A stretch of 63,849 bases of DNA, filler included, from Hausera hauseri (Eukaryota): NCBI GenBank assembly GCA_046269625.1. It is 12 parts of 12 records of this genome, joined end to end, with 100 filler letters (N's around TTAATTAATTAA, not from the genome) between each part and the next. Parts side by side here need not be neighbours in the genome. Positions count along the whole stretch, not along the records: positions 11,283 to 16,160 come from JBJURY010405812.1; positions 16,261 to 21,705 come from JBJURY010253847.1; positions 21,806 to 26,968 come from JBJURY010318161.1; 9 more parts are not named here. One strand, given 5' to 3'. The notes beneath the pieces were generated by a model. It had not been told where the DNA came from. It searched no databases and was given only the letters and a program-made list of their open reading frames with translations. How positions within the stretch are numbered: the first letter of the stretch is position 1; the number at the start of each line of letters is the position of its first letter. Shown piece after piece: positions 12,376-25,599 of the stretch. The position numbers were made by a program, and so were the translations under genes.

Positions 12376-15300
12376 TTTTTTGGTTATTATTATTCGTTGT
12401 CGTTAGATTGCGTATAATGTCTCCGAGTCCGTTGTTACTATTCCTTTTGTCTTCTTCTTTGTCGAACAATTTTAACCAATTCACTTCACACGGAAGCTTC
12501 CTAGATGCTTTTAGCGCCAAACTCGTGGCTCGATTTAGTTCGTTTTCTCGGTTTGGATTTGTCTTAATCGCCAAGTATAATAAACTTTTCTTAGCTCTTT
12601 TATAGTATTCTCTACCATAATCTTCTCAACTACTGCGTCGTAAATTAGACTACTTTTGGACAGTTTGAAACGCAAACTTCTCATTGTTCTAACTGTGTTA
12701 AATATCGCCCTTTCTTTATCATCTAACGTATCTCCAGGGAGACTTGAATAATTTACAATAAGTATTAAATTTTTCATTAACTTACTTAGTTCTTCATTAT
12801 CTGTACTAAAATTAGGGATTGACATCTGTCTTAGCTCTCTAATCAGTTCTCCATTATAGTCGATTTCTTCTCGGAGTTTCCTAGGCCTGCCGACTGGGCG
12901 TTTTTTTCTCGGAGCATAGGCTGGCATCCCACTTAGCGGTACTAGATTCTTGTTGTATTGTTCCTTGTCTTCGTCCATCTGTAAATACTCGAAATACATT
13001 GCCGCATCTCCTACTCCCATGATTTATCCTACACATTGTTCCGTTTGAATCTTACGCGTGGCTTCCTCCTTCGTCTGTTCATTGGCTATTATTACTACTA
13101 TCCGATTTGTTTCGTCGGGAATAATTCCGACATCTATTAACTGTTCTAAATCATCAAGTATTCTTCCTCTAAAATAAAATCTGTAATTTAGCTCATTTGT
13201 TTCGCCATTATTTAATAACCATTCTCTTACGTCCTTTACGTAGGAATGAGTAGTTAACTCACATTCTTTTTCTTCCATCAACTCGGATGATATCATTATT
13301 TTCATCATTACCTCGGGTTTAGTCTTCAAGATGTCTCCATATTTTTTTATCAAAAGTTTCGGCACCATGCTGTAAATTGTATTCTCGCTAGATAATTTAG
13401 TTAAGGTCGAAATAAGTTGTCTGAGTTTGTTTTCAGTCATGTTCACATTAATTGATTCCATTAAGCCCTTCTCGGTTAAGGCTGAGTCTAAAAGCATCTC
13501 TATGTTAAATTTCTTGTTCTGCGGATATCCTTCAATTTCTTCTAGGTGTATTGGAGTTATCGGATTTTTGGCCGTTATTTCTTCTAAATAAGCATCCCAT
13601 TCTGGTTCGTTTCCAATATATGGGAGTCCATAATCTACTAAAGCTGTTTTCGTCCTTTGCACGTTTTCTCGAATTTTTCTCAATTTTGGTTTTATTCCTT
13701 TCATCTGTGTAGTTTGGAATCCTATTCCGTTTCCAAAGGCATATTGAATCATTTTCAGTAATTCGCCTAATTCATTAGAATCGATGAATCCACTTTGACG
13801 ATAATCGGTTAGCTCGATAATTACATCACTTTGCCATATTTGTACAAATTCTCGCTTATTTTTAATTTCTGATTCCGTAAAAGCGTATTTGTTTCGGTAG
13901 CCTTCAAACTCTTTTGTTAGTTCATCTAGTCTCGTTGCTCTTTGTTTTGTTTTGATGCATGTTTCTTCAACTTGTTGTATTTTGGGCATTAATTGCCTCA
14001 TCATTTCATCATTGATTTCCGCCATTTTTACCAGTAAATGAGCTAGTTCATACATGCCATTTATCGTTTTTGAGTCGGGATCCATTGCATCCGACAATTT
14101 CTTCACGAACTTGTGTTCCTGAAAGCTAAAATGTGCGTCGTCTCTAATTTTTGTCAACTTGGTATGAAAATTCTGGTCTGATAGGTCATCCATTCTTGTG
14201 GTTTATGCAAGAATTTTATTGCGTCTGTAACGTATCTCGATGTCCGGGACAGATGTCTAAGATTTCAATATCTTGGGCAGAGATCTTGTCGATCGATTTT
14301 TCCGTTAAGTATTGGATTCCTTAAGATCGAGCAACCTTCAACTTTGAGTTTACATCGCAAATCATGTTCCACTTTTCCGTGAAGTTCGTCTCTTCGATCA
14401 ATTTGTAGATCTCTTCCAATATCGACGTTTCTTGTTCTCTTTTCATAAATTTTAGCCGTCTTAACGCTTCGAATTGGGTGCGGATATCTATTTCTATTCG
14501 CATTGTGCCTAGATCATGTGCACTTTCTTCTAACTGCTTCTTTACCATTGGTTCGCTTTGCGGGAATTTTTTTTCGGTCTTCTACTAATTTGCTTTGTCG
14601 GTCTACTAACTCGGACCATTCCGGCAATTGATTTGCGACTACTGGTTTTACCATTATAGCCTTATCTAACATTTTATATGCGTCTTTTAACTCATCGTCG
14701 GGCCCTCTTAGGAAATTTATAATCCGACCGATATAACTAAACTAGTCCTTATATTCGTCTAGTTCTGCGATACAAGCTTTTATTACGTATTGAGTTTCCT
14801 CATGATTTGGGGACATCATTCGGTTTCTTAAACTATTGATCTGTGATCTTTTTTCATTCTCCATTTTGATGCGACTCTCTAAGTCCGCACATCGACCGTT
14901 TTCGACAAAAGCGATTTTTATCATCTCCATTAAAGGAGGAATATCTATCAGGTCTGCACCCAATATCTCTAAATCAATACTACTTCAATCGCTAACCGGT
15001 TTTTCCATAATCCGATTAATCATTGCACAGCGAATTTCATCCATAATACGTTCTAAATTACGGACTACTCTCTTCAGTTTAGGGTTTTTTTCTAAGGTAG
15101 ACAGTAGCGTTTGAGCCTTAGTAACTTTCACATCAATACTATCTTCGTTTTTACTCCATCCTTCTGAAAATTCTACTCCACTCTTAATCCACGACTCTAA
15201 TTCGTGGTTCCATTTTATCAACGTATCTCGTCGCACCTCTTCTGGTTGTCTTATTTCAATTGCTTTATCGAGTTTCCCTTCACTCCATAATTTTAAACCC

Positions 15301-15900
15301 TTGTATAATTTCTCCGCAAATTGTTGTCCCTTACCAGATGTCTGTTTGTTTACTGATTTGTTTGAGCTTCTCTAAATTGTGTCGGAGTATTTCTGGATTG
15401 TGACACTTAGTTCTCATCATTTTTTAATTCATAGGCATTCTTCCATGAACGTCGAACTTTTTATTTTTTGTATCAGGATCATTTTTGTCGTTCGTTTCTT
15501 CTTCACTAGCGGGAAGCGGACAAATTTAATTTATTTCGTCATTAACGTTTATTATCACTGGCGTTTCCAACACTTCTGGAATCCCTACTGGCGTGATGGA
15601 AGTTTCTGAGGACGAGTCGTCTCTTAGGACAGCGGTATATAATTCTTTTTCTTTTGCGTCTCTCTTTATGGGAGATCTTGAGCGAGTCTTGGATGTCCTA
15701 TTAGGCGATGGACTTCTTCCTCTATTCTTCGTTACATTGAGAACTAAAAGTCCAATAAATTCACTCTCGACTTCATCCGTTGTTTTCTCTGGATTATGTG
15801 TAATCGTTTCTATTTCCGTATTTAAGTCTACATTTTGAGATGTTGATGTTTTCTCGGACTGCTCTATTCCTTGCGGAACAGACTTCTTACGTGCCATTTT
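12360..15900 (-). pseudogene. Long accessory ORF region (~1200 aa if stops/frameshifts are repaired) of the env-bearing element: Arg/Ser-rich N-terminus, coiled coils, ubiquitin-like domain (~13087-13311), AT-hook (~12877-12900)
   Basis: Collinear ORFs 15526-16077, 14985-15236, 14742-14963, 14321-14548, 13024-14193, 12535-13020, 12359-12574. YRFYFRGRILDDLEQLIDVGI resembles ubiquitin [29 protein letters not shown] is an AT-hook. A homolog of the N-terminal half lies at 31676-32990. Confidence 0.65.
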
Positions 15901-16160
15901 TGTATTGCTCGGTGCCAATGCCCATTCTTCTTCAGTTTGTGGTTCTCTTAATCCATGATAAATTTCCATTACTAGTAATTTCTTTTCATATTCTTTTCTA
16001 GCGTTCATTACTTGAGGGTTTGTAGTCTCGCCTAGATTCCTTGCAGATCTGCGTAAGTCTTGCATTTCAATTATCAAACTTATATCACCTCCTTTACCAT
16101 AGATTGCTTCTAAGTTATTTTTAATTATACTTGTTTTGTTTGGTTCAGTAAATGTGACAC
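15900..16160 (-). pseudogene. gag: Gag C-terminal tail (downstream of the zinc knuckle) of the env-bearing element
   Basis: FTEPNKTSII..ETTNPQVMNARKEYE..YHGLREPQT matches FTKPTKTNII..ETNNPQILKARKEYE..YHGLAEPRT, which follows a CCHC knuckle at ~34590-34850. Confidence 0.7.
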
Positions 16161-16517
16161 NNNNNNNNNNNNNNNNNNNNNNNNNNNNNNNNNNNNNNNN
16201 NNNNTTAATTAATTAANNNNNNNNNNNNNNNNNNNNNNNNNNNNNNNNNNNNNNNNNNNNAATCGAACATTACTTTTTACATGAATCAAATTGTGCTTGT
16301 GTGGATCATGTTAATTATGTTACCTTTTAGTGGTTTTAACCACATTCTTTTGTTATTGTTTGGATATTTTTATTTTTTAGGCTGTCAGGAAAATATATAA
16401 CGCTATGGCACCCAAATCATGGCGTGTAGTCGTATTCACAAAACACAAAATCCTTCTTAAAAAAAAGTTCTTATTGCGGTTGATGATTTTAATTTTTTTG
16501 TTGGGGTGTCACTTCAG

Positions 16518-16627
16518 GCTGTCAAGACTCTAGCTTTTGAGCACAAAAGAAGAATCTACGACATCATAAATGTGCTGGAGGGTATTGGTCTTATTGTCAA
16601 AATATCTAAGAACCATGTAAAGTGGAA
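16518..16627 (+). CDS. E2F: Exon of an E2F4/5-like transcription factor DNA-binding domain (teleost-like)
   Basis: AG/GT-bounded 110-nt exon [36 protein letters not shown]. Confidence 0.9.
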
Positions 16628-16984
16628 GTAAGTTTTTAGCTCTCGTTTTGTGTACGTTCACAAGTGAAACAACACAGTATATGTTTTACAAAGTTTTATG
16701 TGTTTTCCAAAATATTGGATAAAATGACCATAAAATTGAAAGTTACAACTGTTATTTTTACTTTTTTAAGAAAAAGCTATTTTTAAATACAGGAAAAAAT
16801 AAATTAAAAAATTATTAGTATTTACATGCAATATCTTTGAGTCACAATTTCTGCCTCAAATAATCATGAAAAATTTGGGTTCTGATTATTTTCAGGGGTT
16901 TAGGTAATTTAATATTTGGAGGTTTTCAATTGGCAGAACACTGTAAAAAGCATGGTTATTGAATTGGAAGAACAATGCGGGGTA

Positions 16985-17510
16985 AAGAAAAAAAAAAAAA
17001 AAAAATCAAATCTCCTGATCGTAAAAACGACGCAAAAAGTCCGATTTTCATATCGGGAAGAAAAAAAAAAAAGATACAAAAAGTTCGATTTTTAGATCGA
17101 AAAAACCACAGAAAAAAAGTCAGATTTTTAGATCGGAAAAACGACGGGAAAAGCCCGATTTTCAGGTTAGAGGCAGGATAGTTTTAATCATATGAATGGC
17201 AAAAAACATCGGCAGAACAATGTGCTGATCGACAGGCACATCGCATTAAAAAGTGAGATTAGCCGTTCGGCAAAGCACAATAACAGTCGATTGAAAGGAT
17301 AATATAAAAAGTCTAATGTTCCATTTGGCTAAATGACCGAAAGTGTACGATTTCCTGATCGGCAAACTCGAGAAAAAGTACGATTTTGACGTCGGTATAC
17401 TGAAAAAGAAAGGTGCAATGTTCATATCGGCAGAACGTTTTCGGAATGTGAACGGACCGATTTCTGGATCGGAATAGTGTAAAAATGCGTTCTTCCGATT
17501 TTCAGAACAT
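16985..17510 (+). repeat. Degenerate tandem array of ~37-bp units with a palindromic CCGA...TCGG core
   Basis: aaaagtccgattttcatatcgg, aaagttcgatttttagatcga, aaagtcagatttttagatcgg, aagtgtacgatttcctgatcgg, gaccgatttctggatcgg. Reverse-orientation copies occur further right (e.g. gccgatcggaaaaaggactttt, ~18670). Confidence 0.6.
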
Positions 17511-19235
17511 TAAAAATAAAATTTCCGCACCAAAGAAAGCTATTAAATGATAGTATAGTACTAGTTAATGGGACTTTGCCAATTTCGAGTTACAAAATGT
17601 TCGAACATCTTCGGGATGTTTTATACTTTCATGGAGACTTACTGATCAGAAAATAGAACTTTTCAGGGATTTGATGATCCATATAAGTAAAACATCAATT
17701 TGAAAAACCCCAAATTCAGGTCTGACGATAAACAAACTTACGCACCGGTTCAGCGTTTGTGTAGCTCTAAAGGTACAATACCCGAAAATAGATTTTTATT
17801 TTAAATATCAATTCCAAAATTTGTCCCTCCACTGTCATGCGACCAAACTCCGATTTTTCCGGTGATCTTCTCTAATAAAAATCATCTAACGATATGGTAA
17901 TATGGCTATGTGAAGACAAAACATTTACAGCTGTTTTACAACTAAAGAAATCAACTAGTGGCAGTTTGACGAATCGAAATTGCAATTTCTTGCGATAAGA
18001 TTCGAAAGATTTCGGCTCTAATATGTTAAATTTCATGTTTAATAAATATTATAAAAAATTGAGCAACGGAAATTAAATATTAGTCTTTTTTATGCCAAAA
18101 TGCTGAAATATTTTTTTTTACGTATTTATTATGACCGGTATACATCATTCTGATTTGCGAGTTGTCCAGTTGGCACAGTGAATTGCGCAATCAACTTCTG
18201 GGCTGCTGGATTCGAGATTCGAATCTTGTGTAAGCCATGTATGTTTGCCGAGATCTCGTAAGTCAGATTTCAGACCACTTTGTGCCTCACGAAAAAATTA
18301 AGCTTTGAAAATCTCTATCAAATATTTGGGTCGCCTTTTGTAAATAAAGTTTTGCCTACCTCACATTTTTGTTTGTGTCCTTCTTTCATCTACTTTCTCA
18401 GCGCAATTTCGGCTGGAATTTGCTCCGTATATCTAAGCGGATATTAATCACGACTCCGATTTGCGAGCAAAGCAATCCTAAGAAATATAATCAGTTTTCA
18501 AATTATCCGAACTTTCTCGATTTTTTTACAGCATTCTGCCAGTCAAAATTTTTAATCGATTTATTTTTATCAATATTCTACCGAAAATGAGACACCTGTT
18601 GCGTTCTAGCAAAAGAAATAGGCCATTTTTTAATTCCTAGAATCCTTTTCAAAAACATTTCTTTTCTCTGCCGATCGGAAAAAGGACTTTTACAGCATGC
18701 TATCTACGGAAATATCTGTTCTCTTTAGTATTCTGCCTTTCGAAACGTGAACTTTTCTATTTACTATTTACTGCGCAATAAAATAATGAGAGAAAATGGA
18801 AAAGCTCTATTCAGATAACTTACGTGTACATTACAGAATTTCACTGTGGCAGAAAAAAAAAAAAAAAAAAAAAAATACGCTATTCTCAAAATCTCGTAAT
18901 CAGTGGTTAAAATGTCCAAAAATTAAATAGTGCATAGTGTTTGTCATCTCTGAATAACCATCAGTAACAGAGGGTTATTGGAATCACAGGCAAACCGAAA
19001 CTATCCAGTTGATTTTATGTGGAGGAGTGTTCTCTCCAAGTGTTCCGATTTCCCCCTTGAAGGCGGCGTCAATAACCTTGACTTATGACCTCGAGGGATC
19101 GTTTATTTATGCTACTGGACTCTGCTTGAAATTCTCACTTGCGTCGGAGCAAATGTTTATTGTAGATGTTGCTACTACTCCCGGAAAGCCACAAAGGGAG
19201 GAGAAAATAAAAACTGATCTTTTTTTCTTTAAATA

Positions 19236-19376
19236 GTCGCCTGGAGGGAAAGCAAAGTCGCCCGTTTTCCGAAATTAGTAGCAAATTCGCTGTTTTTGAC
19301 TAAAAAAGTCGCCCAAGTCGCCTCCTTCCGATTTTAGTAGCAAAAAGTCGCTTTTTAGTCGCCGGTGGACACCCTG
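19236..19376. mobile_element. Probable DNA-transposon terminus with clustered AGTCGC subterminal repeats
   Basis: Six AGTCGC copies in 140 bp, ending in GGTGGACACCCTG (CAGGGTG.. terminus). The partner end was not found. Confidence 0.45.
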
Positions 19377-21805
19377 TATATGCTTACACAATTTGTTACA
19401 AGGTGAACTGTACCTTAAAAGACATCACAGAACACACACACCTACCTGAAGCCATATGCTGGTTGAAGCAATCTATAAAATATACATACCACTGACTGAT
19501 AAGTAATATTCAACATAAAGCACACACTCTGCACTTACCTTTTTGGATACTTTATAAAAATTAAAATATAATTTTAAAAAATATGATACACAAGCATTCT
19601 ACAGATTGCAAATATTGGCATTGAGTTTGGCACATTTGTGGTATCGCCAGTATATGACGTAATAGCGGAATGTGATTTATTTTAATGAAGGTAGATTATA
19701 TTTATGTTTTATTTTTTATAATAAGAAATTATTTCTAGCCACGGTTATTCTTTACTCATAATTTTCCTAACTGCCATCCACTACATTCATAATGTAGCCA
19801 GTGGTGGACAGATCCTCCTAAGTTTTATTTAGGGCACAAAAGACTAGTGGTACATTTAAGGTGAAAAATATTCATTCAGCTTAACTTATGGGAATTTTGA
19901 ACATATACACAAACTATGTATGGCCTATGCCACATTTTCTTGCCATATTGTTTATTTTGTGCAGCAGTGATTTTTTAATTTATTTTTATTAATATTTCTC
20001 TCTTTCATTTTATTTTATTTTATTTAACCTTTCAGCATTTACCAGTTTAAAAAACTGCTTTTTTGGACACAGATAACAAAATGGCAGTCCAAAAACACTT
20101 GATGACCGATTTTTACTGGATGTTGCCAAAAAAATATAGCAACCAAGAGCAGTATGTTAGATACTTTTGTTTCAAAAATAAACAGTCAGAACAGATCATT
20201 ATGACTATCGGTCCCAGACACCATTTTTTTTGCCAACGAGTTTGGTGGATGTGTGAGTTCGCCAAGAACAATTACTGATTAGGAATATGTACTTCAGAAA
20301 AGTGTGTCGTTGAACAAGAGTCGTGTATTTCCAATATGGCGATTACTAGAGGCCACCAAAAAATGTAGCGTCCAGGACCAGCAGTCAATTATGACTGCTG
20401 GCTTTGTTCATCATTCCAAACTGGTATCTATTTGGAACAGATGCATATTTTTAATATTTCTGGTATTTATAACAACATAATTAAATGAACATTCATACAC
20501 CAGCTAACAACTTCACTTATCCCATTCAACTGTAAATAAAACTGAAACATTCTACTCTTTGAATCTTACAAAATCCATCAATAATTAAGTACACAACTGC
20601 AAAAAGTCAAACCTAATAGAAAGAGAAAAATCAAATATCCTGCCCACTAGAAAAAATTTAACCAAAACCAATTTTCCACTGCACAAAGCTGTTCTAAAGA
20701 GAAAACTGCACAAGGCATTCAAACACCAACAGCCAACCTGTACTGAAATTGGAAATACGGATGCAACCAGCCATTTCCATGTCATCAGAGAGAGAAATTT
20801 TCAGTGCCAAGCAGGGGATTAAAATGCACTCAAACCAAAATTCTGAACAGATGCAGTATTGTGCCTTTTGGCAATTTCTTTCTTTATCGCCAAACAATGG
20901 TCGACAAAGCCTATCAAGTTGACATGTTTTCTTTTTACCAAGATATAAAAAACACTATTTTCTTAAAGAACTAATTTTTCCACAATACTGAAAACATGAA
21001 ATAAATTTTCAGAAACAGTTCTATGAGAATAATAATAATAAAGTTATCAGATATCCAAAGATTAAGACAAAACGTTACTTTTAAATGGACACCAATTCCA
21101 GCTATTCATACGTAAAAATAAATATAACTATCATACACACTGGAACTTGGTATATATAACATATAATTACAACAAATAATATAAATAAAGAGATTCAAAT
21201 TAAAATGTACACCCTCTAAATGACTAAGTACAGCCGAGCATTAGGCCTAACGTGTCACTGGAGTACCAGTGAATATAAAATATCATGTAACTATATTATT
21301 AGCACTTTTGATTAGATTTCAGCATTATTGCTAGAATTACGATTTAGGTTTCAGTTTCACTTTCAGTTTGCTGGTTATGGTAAATTGGTTTCTTCCAAGG
21401 TAAGGTTTTCTGTATCAATTTTTTTATTTTTCGTTTTAATTTTTCCGATTTGAAAATGCCTTCGGTGTTCAGTGTTGTCAGTAAGTTTCGGGGGATTTTT
21501 TCACAGAATTTCAGGATGAAATTTTCAAATAATACACCAATTTTGTGTTTCAATGGAGTGGGTAACTTAATGTTTTACATAGGATACTTGTGCCAGGATA
21601 GAGAGTTGGTTTTGGATTTTTTGAGAGAAGAAGTGCTTATTAAATCGGAAATGGTTTGTTTTAAGTGACACGGCAAGATGCAATTATGTACGAAAAATGC
21701 GTTTCNNNNNNNNNNNNNNNNNNNNNNNNNNNNNNNNNNNNNNNNNNNNTTAATTAATTAANNNNNNNNNNNNNNNNNNNNNNNNNNNNNNNNNNNNNNN
21801 NNNNN

Positions 21806-23015
21806 AGGGAAAAGGCGTCTTTCCATACACTTCAGCAACATCATTTAGTGAATTGCAGTCGATTTCTGAGTTACCTCCAAAATGGGATGGCGTTAGTGAT
21901 AGCAATTATGAGGAAGTGCAACTTTCTTTGTTGAAATATGGTTGCAACAGTCTTTTAGATTATATATTGGTGTACATGAAACTCGATGTATACTTGTTAG
22001 TAGATGTTTTTGAATGTTTTAGAAAGGAGGTTAAGTTGCAGGATGGTTTAGAGGCTCTTAATTTCGTTTAAATTCCTGGTTTGTCTTGTGCCACACTGAA
22101 ATCCAGTCCTTGTAAGATTGAGCTTATACAGGATCATGAAATGTCCTTCAGTCGGGTTTTCGCGGTGGTATGACTTTTGTAAATAAGCATAGGGTTATAC
22201 CTGATGAAAACCCCAGTCTCTTGTATATAGATGTAAATAATTTGTACGATTGGGCTTTATCTCAACCTTTGCCATTTGCGAATTTGACTTTGATTTATGA
22301 TGAGGAAAAATTAAATAGTCTGATTGAGCAATTACCCTTTATTAACACTGTTACAGAAAAACGAGGCTTAGTTTTTGAGGTTGATTTAAGTATTCCAGCT
22401 GACAAGCATGATAAATTGGACCAACTGCTTTTAGCTCCAATAGATCAATGTCCTCCTGATTCCAAAGTAAAAAAAATTGTAGCTGACACATGAGCCTAAG
22501 TCCAATTATGTTATTCACTATCGGCTCTTACAGTTATATCTCGAGTTAGGCGCTATAGTTGAAAAGGTACATCGGGCTGTTGAGTTTGACCAGGGTTATG
22601 TATTTAATGATTATATGGATTTAAATACTGCTAAAAAAGATGCAGCGAATAATCCTTTTGAGAAAGACTTCTTTAAGCTTAAGAACAACAGTTTATATAG
22701 CAAGACTGTTTGGAATTGTCTGAAAAGGTCCAACTTGAGACTATGTAATAATGCTAAGAACCTTATTACATACGCCAGCAATCCACAGTTTAAGGAGAGT
22801 ATCATTATAGATGATGACCTGGTTGTCGTTCTCCTTGATAAGGATGTTGTTACGTTAGATAGACCCTCATACATCGAACAGGCCGCACTTGATTTATCTA
22901 AGTTACGGATGTATGAGCTGAATTATATCAAATTGGCGACGTACAGGCACCAGTTCATGCCAAGTTCAGTGTGAGAGCGAGAGCTTTTTCCTCGAGTGCC
23001 GTGGAGTTGAACTTA
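21806..23015 (+). mobile_element. polB: Maverick/Polinton (adintovirus-like) protein-primed family B DNA polymerase, decayed
   Basis: KGVFPY; YMKLDVYLLVDVFECFR; RGGMTF; LLYIDVNNLYDWALSQPLP; EKDFFKLKNNSLYSKT; PSYIEQAALDLSKLRMY; degenerate DTDS (ESESFF). Confidence 0.92.
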
Positions 23016-23519
23016 GGTAGCAATGTGGTGCTCACCACGGCCGGTGCACTAAAGTCCCATTTGGTTAGGCACGGCCGGGCGTTCGTTGTCGCCGCGTCGG
23101 ACCCATAGTCAGGCCCGATCTTCCGACTCTTTGCTGTAAGAATTTAATCCGTCTGATTGGACGAGATGATCATCAAAACTTAACGGAATCTCTAAAACTA
23201 ATACGCCAAGTAGCGATGAATCTCTTTTACATTCTATGTCTCTTGATCCTATTTCCTCCGATTTATCAAGTGAATAATCTTCTAGCTCATTTGGCAATTC
23301 GAGCGTTAACTTCTCCGACAGTAGCTTGAGTTCAGTGTCGAAAACAGAAATAGTCTATTTGTGAACAGTATTTTATCGGATTCTCAAGAAATCACCGAAC
23401 GTCAAATATCTGCGAAACCAGAACCTTCAGCAGTGAGCGAGGTTGCTTTCATACACAGTATTACCGACGTCGTCCTTGCTGACGTTCGTAAATCACGGAG
23501 TTCTTGAAATAAATTCGCA

Positions 23520-23900
23520 AAACACGCTGAAACCTGAAAATTTAATGTTTCGATTGAACAGATTTATAGGAGGTAATTCAGCGCTTGTCACCTTCCGTGT
23601 GAAAGTTTTGAATATCGTGGTTTAATTTATCGTTTCCAGCTCGAAATTGACTGTTTAAAGAAGTTTGTACATTCGATTCAGGATGTTTGTCATAATTCAA
23701 TTCCATAGCACAACCCATTGCATTCAGTTGATGTAGTTCAGGCCATGCATTGCTTTCTTTCAGATACCAAAATTAAAAGCATATCGGAACCCTTAGATGT
23801 GCTCGGATGTATCGTTGCAGCGTTTTGTCATGACGTTGACCATCCAGGACTTAACCATCACTATTTAGAAAAAATCAATCACTTTTTATTTCATTGTATA
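23520..23900 (+). pseudogene. PDE7: Intronless, frameshifted fragment of a PDE7-like cyclic nucleotide phosphodiesterase catalytic domain
   Basis: GLIYRFQLEIDCLKKFVHSIQDVCHNSIP*HNPLHSVDVVQAMHCFL...IVAAFCHDVDHPGLNHHYLEKINHFL. PDE signature HDxxHxGxN is present; the conserved Tyr codon is TAG. Confidence 0.85.
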
Positions 23901-25179
23901 ATCATATATTTTTTTTGAGCAATTTTGATGGCTTAACATCGACGTCTCCAATGTTCAAACGAGAGACAATGTTTAATCCAACACGAATATCATCAGAACC
24001 TCTTTCGAACGGAACTGAGTTAGAACCAATTGGTTTCTTTAACCTTTCCACTCCGTTTCCTATGTCAAAATAAAAACGATCACTATTGACCCCATTGTGA
24101 CAGAATAATGAACCGGAGCTAATTGATTTTCCTTCTACTTTTTGACTTTGCTACTGATCTCTGTATGCTTCTCTAAAAACAGAATCAATATCTTTACTAT
24201 ATGATTGTGAAGAATTTGTCAAGGAATCTTTAATACAGAAATCCGTATTTAGTTCTTCAGTTGATGAATTTAGTTCAATAGCACTTTAAGCGAACCAAGA
24301 GTTCGTTGACCATAACAATACAAATAGTGAAGAACAATCCATCTGATATAGTTTTTCCTCTAAATAACGATGTTCAATAAAAGTGATCAAATATCTAATG
24401 GTGAAATGCAGCACCTTTCGTTGTTTTTATTTTTTTATTCATATGCGAAAAATCTGTTGTACATTTTTAACATACCTATGAGGTTTAGTTTTGCTTTTAT
24501 TATTTTAGTCAACAACAACATTTTGTTTATTAAAGAACGATTTTGCTTCTATATAGATCTTTTAGTTGATGAAAAAGATTAAGTCGTTATATTGGAAATC
24601 TCTTGTTTGAACCGATAAAAACTTTTAGTGTTATGTTATGAAAATAAAAAAATTTTTGAATTTGAATTTATTCTGGCCATTTTGCAAATTTTTTTACGAC
24701 GTTTTGAAATTTGTTTTATTTTAAAATAGTATTCATATATCAAATCGTATATTGGATTTCGTCGATTTGTTGCGTGCATATAAGCACAACTATGGAAATT
24801 TTGAAATATTTATTCGACTATCATATATTCAATTTGATCAAATGGTTTTAGTAACCGAATTCGAAATAAAAGGGAAATTTCTGTACGTTATCAGTTTATT
24901 CGGAGATATGTTACATGAATTTGATTTACTTTTGTGGAGAAACTAACAAAGCAATATTTTGATTCCGCTTATACAATCAACAAATCATCTAACAAATTGT
25001 GTCAGAACGAACATAAAGAAATCGAGATACAGAAATTTGTCAATTTCCAAACAACATTCACACCGATTGAATTCAAATCTCTCGCTCATGATTCCGTTCC
25101 ATTAACGGAGAAAATCATCGTTTAAGATGTTGAAATAAAACCCGCCATGGCCGATCAACTAAAACTATCGGATGTAAAA

Positions 25180-25245
25180 TTCTGTGTTTGATGTAATAGA
25201 CATTTTGTCAATGAAGATAATTTACGATTGCATCAATTCCATGAT
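25180..25245 (+). pseudogene. Isolated C2H2 zinc-finger fragment
   Basis: FCV*CNRHFVNEDNLRLHQFH. Confidence 0.4.
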
Positions 25246-25599
25246 CGTGCAATCCTTCGGCGATCAGACGCAAACATCCTGGATATTCGCTGGCCGCCTA
25301 CTCAGATGTACCGTGTAGAACGGAGCACGGTAATATTCCTAATTGTTTACAGTGCAACAAAAGCATCTATTTTCGTTCATTTTGTAAATTCTATAATGCG
25401 TCCTATTGGAATTTTATCCTTGTTTTTTCGTACATGAATATGTAACAAAAGGAATTGAATTTAAATTAAGTGATTCAAATATTCTTTTATCCACAAGTCC
25501 TTTTACATTCATAAATGATACGATACGAGGCTTATCTTCCATTTACCATGAATGATTGCGGGTTTCACAAACCGATAATGAAAATATTTATACACTGAC

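Noticed and set aside
11283-16160. Endogenised complete chuvirus genome (L-G-N)
   Set aside because: No RdRp motifs or recognisable nucleoprotein. The upstream region links to a CCHC Gag, which points to a retroelement.
16985-17510. CRISPR-like repeat-spacer appearance
   Set aside because: Repeats are not identical, the period is too short, there are no cas genes, and the context is eukaryotic.
23020-23108. GC-rich block as a structured ncRNA
   Set aside because: No tRNA, snRNA or ribozyme core. It reads equally well as half a C2H2 finger (ALKSHLVRH), so it cannot be assigned.
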